A stretch of 63,813 bases of DNA, counting the filler, from Rhabdomonas costata (taxonomy: Eukaryota), in the NCBI GenBank assembly GCA_019059605.1. It is 37 parts of 37 records of this genome, joined end to end, with 100 filler letters (N's around TTAATTAATTAA, not from the genome) between each part and the next. Parts side by side here need not be neighbours in the genome. Positions count along the whole stretch, not along the records: positions 24,194 to 25,821 come from JAHMHO010011718.1; positions 25,922 to 27,549 come from JAHMHO010011719.1; positions 27,650 to 29,277 come from JAHMHO010011720.1; positions 29,378 to 31,004 come from JAHMHO010011721.1; positions 31,105 to 32,731 come from JAHMHO010011722.1; positions 32,832 to 34,458 come from JAHMHO010011723.1; positions 34,559 to 36,185 come from JAHMHO010011724.1; positions 36,286 to 37,912 come from JAHMHO010011725.1; 29 more parts are not named here. The stretch is one strand, 5' to 3'. The notes under the pieces were generated by a model that made no database searches, was not told the origin of the DNA, and was given only the letters and a program-made list of their open reading frames with translations. Shown here in pieces: positions 24,856-38,141 of the stretch. The position numbers and the translations under genes were made by a program. The stretch's first letter is position 1. Each line of letters begins with the position of its first letter.

Positions 24856-25970
24856 GCAGGACGGAAGAACAGGAGAGGAAGCTGAGTAAAGCTAACGTCG
24901 ATGCGAGAAAGAAATTTGTTGTGGGAACTTTGCAGGAAGTTTGCAGAGAAAGAAGAAGTGATGCTTTGATGCAGAAAATTCGCCATCAATCCCACCAAAA
25001 TCGGTTTGCGACAGAACCCAGAAGAGAAGGAGCGCTGGAAGGAGCGGTATACGAAAAACAGACTGAGCGTACAGAATGGCTTCAAATGTTTCAACTGACT
25101 TGCTCTTTGGAGCTTCACATAAGAAAAACCTTTCCAGAGAAAGGATGACATGAGTGAACAAACCGCGCGTCGGAAGCTGATGCTCATTTCCGGTTTTGTT
25201 GGAGGCATAAGAAGTATTGTATTCCGTTGGAGTCCAGTTTGGGAGGTCCTACAAACCAACACCGCTGTTAGCAGATAGCTGTATTTGTCCGTGAAACCTG
25301 GGCCTGGGTCTCTCCAGCATTGTGCTATTCACATCCCTCTGTGACTCATTTGGAAAACCACTATTCAGGTTGATTCTAAGCGATCCAAGGCGCCAAGAGT
25401 CAAGTCAGCAAAATAACAACCGCAAAGCTGCCTCCATGCTGCTTCTGTTGAGGCGCGATAACTTTTTAGCGTTGGACATCGCAGCAGAAGATGTCACGAC
25501 GTATTTTTCCAGCGCAAGAGCGATGAACTTTACTCGTTCTGCAGAGGTGCAGCCTCAGACTATCCGCAGCGTGCCGTGGAAGGATTCAACTACTCCAAAT
25601 CTCAGGCATTCCAACCGCGCGCTGCGTTGACCAAGGGAGAGCCCCGTGAGCCAATGTCACAGCCCACTTGGCAAGCTTTCCCACACATCCTTCAGAGCTA
25701 AGAACACCACATCGGGGAATATGAGGTAAGATGCATGACAACTCCGGCGCCCCGGCTCATGGCTACTGCAGCTAACACCTGCGGCGGAAAAACAAAACGT
25801 CAAACTCAAAGCGCGCAAGCGNNNNNNNNNNNNNNNNNNNNNNNNNNNNNNNNNNNNNNNNNNNNTTAATTAATTAANNNNNNNNNNNNNNNNNNNNNNN
25901 NNNNNNNNNNNNNNNNNNNNNGGGGGTTACGAAAGAGCCGCCAAGGGTGAAAGGTCGAGACTCCCCTGAA

Positions 25971-26050
25971 CCCAAGGACCGGCCACGCAGCGTTTCGGCA
26001 GGCTTGCTGTATATACAAAAGACCCCAGGCCTGCTTCGGCTTAGTCCCCT
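25971..26050 (+). repeat. Dispersed ~70-nt hairpin repeat, copy B
   Basis: GGAC...GCAGGCTTGCTGTATATACAAAAGACCCCAGGCCTGCTTCGGCTTAGTCC. Confidence 0.9.
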
Positions 26051-26114
26051 CGGGAGGGAAGCAAGCCCGCGGCGCGACCGTCTTCCCCGCATGCGGCTGA
26101 GGCGGGGACGTTGC

Positions 26115-26645
26115 CTGGGCCAGTACTGCCTTTTGGATCCTTTTGACACGGACGAAGAGCACACTATTGAAAAGCTTGTTCCAGTCGTCGAGCAAAAAAT
26201 GAAGGAAGTGGAGGATGCGTACAGCTTCCGGCTGAGCACCTTCGTTGCCGACAATGCTGCTCACATGGCAGGGCTTTGTCGAGAATTGCTGGAGCTTCCC
26301 ATAACAGGCTCATCGATGCTGTTGAATCTGTGTGGTCAGGAAGTTTGTGTGTCTGTCATCAAAAGGGTGCTGGTGGTCGCAAAATACTTCCGAGGGACCC
26401 AAAGGGTCAAAAACTGGGCAGAAGAAGACGGGATCCCGAAGCCTCCGCTTCCCTCTGACACTCGCTGGAACTCGCAGTGTGACCTCCTGGAGTGGTTCAT
26501 TCTCAACTGGGGCAGGCTGAATCAATTGCTGCAGTACCACAAAGGGCACGTGTCTGTTGCAAAGGCGTGCGAGAACATGCTGCTGCCGCGAGATGTCCAG
26601 CAGTTGTACGATGCCTCAAAAACTCTGGCCAATTTCCTTAAAATG
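26115..26645 (+). mobile_element. hAT-superfamily transposase fragment (truncated, degenerate)
   Basis: FVADNAAHM, LLNL and PSDTRWNS in the correct order; the CxxH motif is replaced by GSSM; no N-terminal or dimerisation domain. Confidence 0.88.
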
Positions 26646-27655
26646 CGGGGGTCGTACATCAGCACCTGTCGATATGCACCTCGCCACGGGTCAGGGCTTG
26701 ACGGCGGGGGGGCTTCTCCAGTTCGCAAAAATGTGTCTGCACCGGTAACAGTGAACACTGCAAAGGTTTTGCCGCTGAATGTCGTTTTGCGGTTTTGCGA
26801 GGGAAAACCGGCAGAAAGTGAGGAAAAGGGAACCCAAAATTGGAAAGTGACACCGATAACGATAAGAAAAAGGGCATGTTCAAACCCTCCCCTAAACGAG
26901 AGGACAAGACTTGGGATGCCACAGGGATGGCTTACAGAGGGCGGCGTTATCCCCGAAAGCTGATGTGGATAGCAGGGGAGGCAGAAATGTTTGGGGACAG
27001 GGACAATGATCGGTACAGGTTGGCAAGAGCTGCAGTATTTCCCCTACCGCCCGGAGAAGGCAGGAAAGCATCTTGGATACTTCCAGCGATGGAGCGTTGT
27101 TTGGATTATCCCGGTTGTAGAGTTTGGACTAATGAGTTGAACCCAAATTTTGGCTGCATACCGTCGAAAATGGCGTTGTCAGCCACAGCGAAAATTTCAC
27201 AGCACGCAATGAAAGGGACCCACAAGAAAAACGAAACCAATTCGCAAAACCAACCTTGGGAGGAATTTCCTACGAAGGAAGCAACACAGGCATGAAACAT
27301 GGGAGATGGGCGGAAAGCAGTGTTAAAAATATTCTTGTTTTTTTTGTGTGTCTTAGCATTTGCTATCAGAAATTTAAAAATGTGATAGCGCACGCCATTT
27401 ACATTTTAATTTGTGATAGCGAGGTGGGGTTGGTGATAACGTACAGTAGCCCTCAACACTCTAGAAAAATTGCAACCCACCCCCCGAAAATTACTGCTAT
27501 CGTGTTTCCTATGTGCCCTATGTGCCCTATGCAAAAAGGCTGGAAAGCTNNNNNNNNNNNNNNNNNNNNNNNNNNNNNNNNNNNNNNNNNNNNTTAATTA
27601 ATTAANNNNNNNNNNNNNNNNNNNNNNNNNNNNNNNNNNNNNNNNNNNNGGGGTG

Positions 27656-27854
27656 GTGGGATTGGTGGGACTGTGCACCGCTCACAAAATGACAATGCAC
27701 TACCAGAGCATTAATGATGCTGAGGGGATGTCCGTCCACAGGTCAGAGATGGAATCAGACTCTGCGCCTGAAGGACGGACATCCCCTCAGCATCATTAAT
27801 GCTCTGGTAGTGCATTGTCATTTTGTGAGCGGTGCACAGTCCCACCAATCCCAC
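27656..27854. repeat. Perfect 82-bp inverted repeat at contig start
   Basis: 27656-27737 is the exact reverse complement of 27773-27854. Confidence 0.97.
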
Positions 27855-29377
27855 TGCCTTCCCATGGGAACCAAGAATTCCCAGTGAGCAGAATGCATAG
27901 GCGGTCAAGGAGGCACCCGCTGGCGGGACATCGGGGGAGGGGCATATATTTTGGCCTGCAGATGTCACACAAGGCTTTGCAAGCCGGATGAGATGCTCTC
28001 TGCGAGTGCAGGACAGTACACGGGGGGAGGGATACGCCCAGAGACGTCACACATGACCGCGGGTTCATCTGCTCAACCCATCCACACTCACAAGCCAGCT
28101 GCGCTATCCCGCACCCAAAGGGCAGCGCACTCACAACCGAAAGGAAAACGTACCACTCTTGGAACTTCCTCACCAGAATAAGGAACTTAGAAAGTCGCAG
28201 AGATGGCAGTGGAGACACGCTGGGGGGGGGGGTGCACTCCACGGCGCACACCAAGAGGCAAATACTATGTGAAACGAATACACCAAAAGGCACTGGGCGA
28301 GGGGCGAAGAGCATTTGAGAGGACCATGTTCCTTGGATTCACCAAAGGACCAGAAAGATGAATCAAAAATACAAGGAAAGGGAAAGAGAAGCGAGGGTAC
28401 ACGCACACACAGAAGGCTCGACTGGGACACTGGGTCGTCGCTCTTACACCCGAACGACGAACACAGCAGGAATTCTGCTGCCACAACAGGGGAGGAGAAA
28501 TAGCAGCAGCACGGGTAAAAAAAGAAAGGCAAGGGAGAACGTGAAAAACACATGCATCCCTCCAAAATTGTGCAAATCGAAGGACCCAGAAGACCGGGGG
28601 GAGGTTCCGGCATGCAAGTCGCGGGTGTGAAGAGGGCGGAGGACACATGAGCAATCACAGCACAGTTTCAAAGTGGAAGAATACTACAGTAGAATCGGAA
28701 ATGCCGTTGCACAGGGACACTCAGGTTTTTTGTTTATTATTCCCCAAAAATTTCCACCCGTCACGGCCCCGCCCCGTCCACCCCATTTGAGCTTCGAATT
28801 TTTGTTTTTATGGGCCCCTTGTGAGAATGCAGTGGGTTAGGTTGCGATGCACGCCAAGGATTACATTAAAGGAACTTGCAGGGATTAAGAGGCGATGCAT
28901 GTGCTCCCTGCGATTCTTTCCAGAATGTCTTGTGCCCAAGATCCTAGGAACTTGCTTTGTTGGACTTGTATGTGCGGATTAAAGCTGAGTTGGGATGGTG
29001 GTGAGGAACTTGTGCCCCCACACCATTTTACATTTGACTTGACAGGTAATAAAAGCTGGGCTGCCACGATTACCCCCTTGATCACGCTTTCTGGTTCTCA
29101 TTTATAATGTTCATCATTCTGGAAGGAAAGCTTATTGACGTAACTCTATTCACGTTTTTTCCATGAGGGGCAGTGAAACTGAGTGGCCCTGCGTTGCAGC
29201 CATCTGGCCCACAGTCTGAAGTGCTCGACACTCCATCGGCACCAGCAAGACGGCGTGGTGCACCGACACCCAAAACANNNNNNNNNNNNNNNNNNNNNNN
29301 NNNNNNNNNNNNNNNNNNNNNTTAATTAATTAANNNNNNNNNNNNNNNNNNNNNNNNNNNNNNNNNNNNNNNNNNNN

Positions 29378-30366
29378 GTGGGCATGCCCTCGGCAGGTCC
29401 TCATCCTCGTCCAAGCCCAGCCAAGACAGCCCGAGGTCCATCCATTGGCCGAAGTCCCCTCCAGCTATTGATGCCACGGTGTCTTCCCGGGGAACGGATG
29501 CCGAGTGCAGCAGCGCAGCCTCGGATCGTCTCTCAATGGCGTCCTTTTTGAGCATCCCTGAGACTCCGAAGGGTGCCCCAGCGATACCTGAGGGCATGGT
29601 GACCGTGGTGGAGTCCCGGTCTCTCTCTAGACTTAGGGCTCTGTTTGGGAGCCGAGGTAGCACACTCTCCCAGAGCTCGTTGTGCAGTGCTGCCAGCGCT
29701 GCCAGCAGCAGCTCCGAGGATTCCCCGCGCTCGGGGGACACGGCTCGGGATTTTTCACCGCAGTGTCCCCGTGTCGTTACGCCGTCGTCGCACCCGGGTG
29801 GACCTCCCCTCTCCACGGAATCTCCGAGGTCCCCTCCGCCGCATGAGCCGACGCCGCTTCCGCCGGTGGGCAGCAGCTGGGCAACCGCCCCCGTTCCTCC
29901 GCGCCCACGCTCGAGATCGCCGAAGGCTGCTTGGGCACCCGTTTTGGAGTTGAACGCCTCTGCAGAGGAAGACGCACAGGGGGACGCGGATAGGATTGCT
30001 GGTGCCGGCGTTCCCTTAAGGTCTCCTCTTCGTGGCGCAACGCTGGTGAGCCCGAGTTCCGTCATCCCGGAACACCCCTTTGCCTCGTTAGCCTCCCAGG
30101 ATCCTAAAGTATTGCCCGGCGAGAGAACTCTCCCTGTCAGCCGGAAGCCCTGGCAGCCAGCTGGAACAATGCTGCCGCGGCAGCCCGCTCCTGCGCTAAT
30201 GCCTGGGTCCTCGAGCGGGCGGGCCAGCGGGGATGCAGACAGCTTGGTGCCCCGTTTTCGGCCTCAGCCGGAGCCGCCCATCCCGCCACCTCCCTCCTCG
30301 TTCAGTTTCCGTATCCCAGTGATGCCTCCACGCCCGTCAAGGGTGGCGCCCCCGACGCCGTTCTGA
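29378..30366 (+). CDS. Terminal exon of a Pro/Ser-rich, probably disordered protein
   Basis: About 1 kb GC-rich open frame ending TGA, followed by T-rich UTR-like sequence. Confidence 0.7.
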
Positions 30367-32831
30367 GGAAGGTTTGCCTTTTTCCTCGCATCCTGATTAT
30401 GTTTAGGGAGGGCTTCTCACCTTTTCCTATTCATCAGTTTTTCCAGCGTTTTTCTGATGCCTCTCTATTCATGTTGTGCTTTTGAAAGGAAATTGCTTGC
30501 TCTCACCGCTTACTTGAGGCTGTAGCGTGCGGTTCATAGCCCAGCATCCAATCCTCATTCTCTTCCTGGCAATACCAACGTGCAAAAGAACCTCGCATTT
30601 TTCCAATATATTTGGATTGCGGTTTGCGGTAAGCGGGCACCAATGCGGATGCTTCTACGGTTTATACACACTTTGTGTTTCGTCATCGATCCAGCGATGA
30701 CATTGCAGTAAGTAGCCTCAATTCAATTCTTTGTTGCAGTTTCCTCGGTTTCGCGAGCAGCATCGGCAAGCTCGTCGCCCTCGCCATGAGCTGAACTTTT
30801 CACTGCTCTATGCCTTGGCTTGACTCTGAGGTTAAGTTGTTTTGCTTGTGCAGTGAATTCGCTGAACATTGCTGCTTTTCACATCCCTGTCCCGGTCTTG
30901 AAGCACTGTATGTGTTGGCGTGAAACAATGCGTCGCGGAAGTTGGAAGACCCTGCAGTGCTTGTTCTTTTTGCGTCCACTCGCTGTATTGGCGTTGGACC
31001 CAAANNNNNNNNNNNNNNNNNNNNNNNNNNNNNNNNNNNNNNNNNNNNTTAATTAATTAANNNNNNNNNNNNNNNNNNNNNNNNNNNNNNNNNNNNNNNN
31101 NNNNTGTTTTGGGGACAATATAATAAATATTAAGGTTTGGTCTGGGGAGAAATTTCTGCTCCGCCTTCTCTGACGAAAGAAGTGTAGAAAGAGCGATCTT
31201 GCGCTTTCTATCGCATTCAGCTCTTGTTTTGCTATTATCCCGGCATTGTCTCTCTCTGCTGGGGGTTGTTTTCAGCTGGCTGCGTCATTCGGGCTGAGCT
31301 TCCCTCCGACCGTGGACTTCTCGTTGGCGGACAGCGCTCGCAAGCCCAGAAAGAGGTACTCACTGTGCTCTTAGGCGATCAGGATTATTTCTGGCTCGCT
31401 TTGATACCTGGCACACCATTTTGTGTGGTCGGAAGGAGCGGCCCGGGCACAAGTCCGTGTATTTGGCAAGCGCAAGCATAACCTTTCGTGTTGCTCGCGC
31501 CTACCTCTGTGTAGTGAATCCAGGTATGGGTATGCAGTTTTGCAAATACCGGTATTTTAAAGGCCGGAGATTACAATGCTTCTTGGAAGAGCCAGAAAAT
31601 CCGACAAGCGACGTGAAAGGCTGACTTCTTTCTGGGAGCTTGGAGTCAGGTTTTCACCCTGCACCAGATCAAATTAATCACCCAAAAATTATCCCTTAAA
31701 GAACCTTCTCTCTCAACAGGGCCTTCGGAGCCGACTGGGTGGAGCCCAAATCCAAGCCTGACCCGGACCCCTATGGTCTGGGCAGTGACCAGCAGAGCTG
31801 AGTTGCCGACCCACACAACACCACCACCGTCACATCTGCTACCTCTCCATGAGTCTGCTCCTTGCTGCGTTGCAGTGGGGAGGAAGAACTGCGGCCCACA
31901 TGTCACAGCTGTTGGGGGTGGGCGGAATCCCCTTGACTGCAGGTTCCTTTTTGGTGAGCTCGGTGAAGTGTTTGCCCATGAAACGTGCACCAGATGTGTA
32001 AAGACCATGTTCAGGTAAAACACATACCATCGCTGGAAAAGGGCTCCCACAAATGGATGAGTCGATTGGTTTGACATCTGTTTGCTGGTTTATCAGCTTC
32101 TGGAACCTGTGATGCCCAAAGTTTGTGTCCAGTCAACCTCCTTCACTGCAGTTGTTGTCTGCTGTGGCCACCTTGTGTTGTTTGACGTCACAATCGACGT
32201 CGTTGCCCAAACGGATACAGTTCTCGGAGAAATTTGATATCCTTATTCTTTGGAATGTACCGGTGGGCCGGAAGCTTCTGAGGTGCCAGCCTTTTCCTTT
32301 CGGCGGTTTTCTACAGTGCCAGTGCAGTTCTCTAAAGCATTTCGCACCGCATTTTGACCTCATCCCTGTGGTTTGCTTTCTGTCTTTCACTCCTTTACTT
32401 GCTCACCCGGCGTGACGGCTCTGCCCCCACGCTGGTGTCGCGGGTACTTGTGTCACCCGTGACCCTGCCGTCTCCCACACCTCACACTCCTCACACTCCC
32501 AAACACACACACACACCGAAGGGCATCCATTCCCAAAACTTCCCACCAAGCTCCTGCACGGTAGTAGCCCCCGTTCCCCGTGAAGGATGCCGGGCAGCGC
32601 TCGATCCGCGAAGAAACGGGCTGGCGGCGTGGGTGGAAGCGGTGCGGGGGGAGGGCTCTCCGGCTCCCTCTCCTCCACCACCCCACTTACCAACTCGCCC
32701 TCACTGTCACAACACCTAGAGAATAACTTGGNNNNNNNNNNNNNNNNNNNNNNNNNNNNNNNNNNNNNNNNNNNNTTAATTAATTAANNNNNNNNNNNNN
32801 NNNNNNNNNNNNNNNNNNNNNNNNNNNNNNN

Positions 32832-33034
32832 ACGAAGCGGATCGGACACGGAACTTGCTGAGAGTGCAAACCCACGTGCTGCAGCTTCACCAGGTCCACA
32901 TCTACCACACTCCCGTCGTCCAGCACTACCCGCGCGGTGGGCCGCCCGCGCTGCGCGGCCTCCTTCAGCTCGGCCTGAGCGGAACCTCCGTAAACGTGCC
33001 AGAACCCGTCCTCTGCGCTCCGGAAGTGCCACAT
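32832..33034 (-). CDS. WWE-domain protein (partial)
   Basis: WHF....GFWHVY.....ELKEA...VDVDLVKLQH fits the WWE pattern. Confidence 0.7.
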
Positions 33035-33774
33035 CCAGATATAGGGCAAGCAGGAGAATACAGGGGAGAGCAAGGAAAAAATGAAAAAAACAAAAAGCAC
33101 GGAATAAGCCGCAGGTTTCAATCACAACCGATCGAGAAAAAAGCGCTGGGATGCGCACTGCGAGGACCCGAAAAAGAAATAGGGGACACGTCGAAAGAAC
33201 AGATTCAGCAATATTGCCATATTATCACAAAGCCAATTTCGTCAATTTTCATATTTTTTGGTGCCACTGCGCATCGGGCGAACTGCACAGGGCCATCAGA
33301 AGTGGTCAGAGAAGTGCTGGTGACTCAGATCTTGAGGTGACCTTTTGCCTGGATCTCCAACAGGTTCAGTTGCAGGCCTGTGCCGCAACAGGCCTTTCAG
33401 CTGTCGGTGTCCCAAACATCACTCGACAACAACGATTAAGATGAGAAAAGAAGACGTCAGATACTTTTCAAGATTTGAATCGACCTGTGTGCACAAATCG
33501 AAGTCGAGGAATCTCGGAAGTCCAGTGTGAGGCACCACCCAACAGCAAGATACAACAGATCATAGTCATTGTCGTTTTTTTCTCCAATTTTTACCCAAGA
33601 ATTGGGAAGGTGCAAGCAGCACAGTCAGGTTTTTGGGCGGCCAAGAGCCATTTGCCTGTCCCCGTTGGGCGTGAGGTGAAGGGTGGGGTGAGGTGTGCGT
33701 TTTTTGTACATAAGTTGTGGGTGCCGTGGTTAAACCCCCTTCTGCGTGGTACAAGTAGCGCCGCAGAATGGATG

Positions 33775-33850
33775 TCGGGAAATCCCCGACCCCAAGGACG
33801 GGTCACGCAGCCGTCAAGAGGCCTGCGCTAAATACAAAAGAACCCAGGCA
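33775..33850 (+). repeat. Dispersed hairpin repeat, diverged copy C
   Basis: CCCAAGGACGGGTCACGCAGC...AGGCCTGCGCTAAATACAAAAGAACCCAGGC aligns with copy B. Confidence 0.75.
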
Positions 33851-34686
33851 TCCCTCTGAATAACCCTATTTTTGTATCGGAAGATATGGGGATCTGCCCA
33901 CCCCAATTGCATAAAGTTGTGGAACAGTTGCCGGTGTCGGACAACAACACGTCGAAAGAAATTGATCGAATGCCCTGATTCATGTCCGGTCAGAAAGCCT
34001 TCTCTTATTCTTGGTGGTTTGAGCTGCACACCGGAACCCACAAACCAGATATGTCAGATATGCCCCAGTGGAGAGTACAGTTTGTCACTTTACGCCCGAA
34101 ATATTATCATTAGCAAGCCCGCTCACCCGGCGTCCGCGCTTGGAGAAATCACGAGACACAGAAGCAAACAGCAAAATGCAACCCGTGCGCCGTTCGGCAC
34201 CAAAAAAACGCGCCGCGACGAGCAGCAACAATGGGTGTGGGGGAGATCTACCGCAGGCAAAGGAAAGGAAGTCCATCACAGTACGAAAGTAAGTGATGAA
34301 ATAAAGGGCAGAAAAAGTAACACATCAAGAGCTCCAAGGGAAAAGGCAAGTAGACGCAAAAGGCAGGTATGCACGTGTATGTAAGGGAACAAGGCTCAGA
34401 GCAACAGGTGAGACCAAGCCACACAGAAGTCGTCTCGCGAGCCTTGTTCCCAAACAAANNNNNNNNNNNNNNNNNNNNNNNNNNNNNNNNNNNNNNNNNN
34501 NNTTAATTAATTAANNNNNNNNNNNNNNNNNNNNNNNNNNNNNNNNNNNNNNNNNNNNGAGATTCATCAAAGAGATAGAGACAGAGCGCAAGAGCCGGGG
34601 CCTAATGAAACCGTGTGTGTGTGTGTCTCTATTCCTGTTGCCTGTTGCCTTCCGTGGTGTGCCAGTTGTTTTCCTGTTTGCTTCAG

Positions 34687-35349
34687 GTTTCGCTGCCTGT
34701 GGAGCCGACAACGCTGGATGGCATCAAATGACAGTTACCGTGGGACGCCTGTACAAGTTGACCACGGGTGGCCTGTTACGGCCTGGCCCAAGTCCAGCTT
34801 TTGGCATGTTCCCTCTGGGTGATTCATTTTCTGCCATGGCTCTCAACGGCAGTACGGATGATGTCCAGGACAACATTCCCTATCCCGCGCACGAAAGAGC
34901 GCGGGTGGGATGGTTCAGAAAGGTATGTCTTTTTTGCTATTGAGTTTATTGCTTACCCTACTTACTAACCTGTATTTTTTGCGTTCTTCTGTGAAACTGT
35001 GGAAGCTCCTGCTTTGTTTCCGCTTCTCTTTGCTCGTGTGTAGGGAATCGAGTGGACCACGGTCACCCAGTCCGGTACCTACACCCTTCTTGCCCACAAC
35101 ACAGCCAACATGAGCTTGAGCACGACTCCGGGGTGAGTGTGGTGTTTGCCCGCATGGATGCTGTGATGGATAGGAGCAGTGAAGCAGGCATCTGTGTTTT
35201 TTCACAGTTACTTTGCTCTTCAAATGGGGAACTTCACGAACACGTGGTGGCTGTTTTACTCTGACCTGCCGGGTCGGCTAACCGTCGGGCCCACCGTGTA
35301 CTTGTACCTGGGGTACTCGGACATACCCTATATCCAAGTGCCTGGCCAG
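34687..35349 (+). CDS. Peptidase M11 (gametolysin)-like protein apparently lacking zinc ligands; exons 34687-34922, 35044-35132, 35208-~35349
   Basis: Three phase-compatible exons with GT-AG introns; GDSFSAM (Met-turn-like), RARVGWF and TVTQSGTYTLLAHN resemble the region after the M11 active site. Confidence 0.5.
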
Positions 35350-36305
35350 GCAGACGTCTGCAGCAGTATGCTTCTTGTTGCATTTCGCAACGTGCGTTTG
35401 GGCGAGCAGATTATGCTTTGTTTGTTCGTCTCTCTTTGTAGCCACCACCATCAAATGTGTTTCCGACGGGGTGGTGTTTGCCATTCCCTTTGTGGCATAA
35501 TACTCTTTTTTCTTAGATTGTGAGAAGGCGCAGACCTGCAACGACGGCGAATTTCCCCCTTGTCTGAAGTTAGTAAGGAGCACTGTTTTGACCGGTCGCC
35601 CTCTCGATGCTGGGCTTTTCACAGTGGACTAGTATGCTACTACTGAACTTCTCCTTTTTCTTCTCCTTTGTGTTCCATGGAAAGAGCCCAAGAGTGCTCC
35701 ATCCAGCCGAAAATGGAGCTGGGTGCTGGGAAGTGGAGCTGGCCTTCCTGCGTACTCCAAGAAGAGAACCTAGCTAGTCCCAGCGCCGGAAATGGCAGGG
35801 AGTGGGAGTGGGAGTGGGAGCGGGAAGTGGGGGCACGACCGCTCATTTCTGCATGACACGTCCCCTCGTTCGCTGGGTGACAAATCCCGTCACTCTCACG
35901 TCGGACCCCACCTATTTTCATCCAGATTTGCATTTTCCCTTCCGGAGCCCATTTCTGGTCCCACGCCTGTCACCGCCGGTGTCTGCTGCTGAATGAGAAG
36001 GAAACCCCCCTTTCACTTTCCATAGTAATTCGGTTTTTTAACTTAGATGAAATGGACCTCCAGGCGAAAATTTGGCTTGAAATGCACTTTTTTTTCATAT
36101 TTCCCCCCCCCCCCTTTTTTTTTGCAAATTCTTGCACTTTTTGCATCGCTTTTTGGTCTCGCCAATTTGCATTTTACACCACACANNNNNNNNNNNNNNN
36201 NNNNNNNNNNNNNNNNNNNNNNNNNNNNNTTAATTAATTAANNNNNNNNNNNNNNNNNNNNNNNNNNNNNNNNNNNNNNNNNNNNGTGGTGGGTGTGGGT
36301 GGGTT

Positions 36306-36364
36306 TTTTGGGAGACCTGCGGTTTATACAGAAGGCCACAGGGCTGCTTCGGCTTAGCCCTCCT
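36306..36364 (+). repeat. Dispersed hairpin repeat, copy D
   Basis: GGAGACCTGCGGTTTATACAGAAGGCCACAGGGCTGCTTCGGCTTAGCCCTC. Confidence 0.8.
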
Positions 36365-36547
36365 TTCATGCAATTTCCTTTCTGTTGGGTGGGGCCAAGT
36401 AAGACGTAAGAAAACAGGTTTAAGGCTCGCAATTTTGCTGACTTTATGTTCCTTTTGTATCAGGCGCCGTCCTTTGCTGAAGTGCGACACGGGTTTGGGA
36501 GAGTCTCCTCCCTTTTTCTTTTTCTTTCCTGTTGTTCCTCGTTGCAG

Positions 36548-37735
36548 CACCTTCATGGCGCGGCACCAGCAGAGCCTCAACCCTGAAGTCGGCAGGCAGA
36601 TCCGCTTGGACCTACCCCGGACTTTTCCTGTGCATCCGCGCTTCAATACCGATGAGGTGCACACACACGTGGCAACCCCCACCGTCTTCTCGCGTTCTTT
36701 CTTTCGGAGTGTTGTCCCTTTCTGTTCCCCTGCCCCCCACCCCTCTCTCACTCATGGGCGCACGCCTTTCAGGGCCCACGCATCCCCTTCCACTTTCCTC
36801 GTAAATTGTTTGCCTCATATCAACTCTCTCTCTCTTTCCTTGTGATTTGCGTGGTTGATGTACCTCTGTGCGTTTTTTCACTTTATGAACACTCTGCCTC
36901 GCGAGTGCTGTTTTGTTCCGTGGCGGCACCAAGGGATTCATTTTTGAAATGCTTTTGGAGACATTTTGGGGGCAGGCTTGCACAGCTGACTCCACACGGT
37001 TGACAATGCCCTCTTCATTTGCTGTACGCGCTCTGCTCTCTGTATGCTTGTGCTCTGACAATTGCTACGTACTTTCTTCCTATTGGGGCTGTGCTGCGTA
37101 GTTTGTAAATCTTGGCAGCCTGCTCTGACATTAATGCGAATGAGTATTCAAGAGCTGCTCGCCACATTCCGGTTTTCGCGGTTGTGCAGAAACTCGCTGT
37201 GCTGGATAACGTTCTGCGGGCTTACGCTTTTGACGATCCCGAAGTGGGCTACTGTCAAGGTGGGGTGTGACCCTCCCTCCTGTGTCCTCATGGAAGGCGC
37301 TTTCTGCACTGCGGCTGGCGCTGAACTACTTTGGTGGGTGGGCAAATACTCCCAACGGAAATAAGAACACAAAGAAAACATTAGCACCCTGCTCCTACCT
37401 GAATTCGCCTCATAGCATTACTCGCAGACTGAATGGCAATCAACAAGTTATAAGGAGTTGGCAATCTGCAATTGAGCTCTCTAAAATCATTCCTCCTCGG
37501 TGCCATGTTTTTGTGGGCACGACGGGACGGTTGTGGGTGCATCACCGCCATCGTACTCAAAATACATCCTTTATACATACACAGCAACACGCCGTGGGTT
37601 GTTTATCGTACAAAGGGATGAACTTCGTTGCTGGGCTGCTGCTGCTGTACCTAACTCCGGAGGAAGCCTTGGACGCCCTGGTGATGCTGATGAGGCACTG
37701 TGGGATGCGCGACATGTTCGCGCCGGGAATGCCTG
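36548..37735 (+). CDS. TBC-domain Rab GTPase-activating protein; exons 36548-36656, 37190-37259, 37616-37735
   Basis: QIRLDLPRTFP (arginine finger) and VLRAYA..DPEVGYCQ|GMNFVAGLLLL (glutamine finger); GT-AG introns. Confidence 0.96.
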
Positions 37736-38141
37736 GTCCTCCACCATGCCCTTGCATCCCCACCTCCACGTTATACGTCCCTTCCACACTCACAACCGCT
37801 CCCTTTCCATCCCCCTCTTCTCTCTTTCCAGTTATGCCGCAAGTGCCGTGTCGCAGACCTTGGACACTGGACTGTTTGGTGCTGCACCACCCCCCCCAAA
37901 CACACCCACCACNNNNNNNNNNNNNNNNNNNNNNNNNNNNNNNNNNNNNNNNNNNNTTAATTAATTAANNNNNNNNNNNNNNNNNNNNNNNNNNNNNNNN
38001 NNNNNNNNNNNNGGGTGTTGGGGGAGAGGATTGGATCAAGGACCAAGAACCGACACAACCCTGGCATTTTCCGGTTGTCCGGTTTGCCACCACTGGAATC
38101 CGCCCTCCCTCCCACTCCGCTCTTCACTCGGTGCGTGTTAG

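Noticed and set aside
26031..26044. GCTTCGGC resembling the U6 snRNA 5' stem-loop
   Set aside because: No downstream ACAGAGA/AGC elements in the U6 order.
33021..33145. WWE exon without an in-frame AG acceptor (possible non-conventional intron end)
   Set aside because: ATG at 33034 can simply be the start codon after a pyrimidine-rich 5' UTR.
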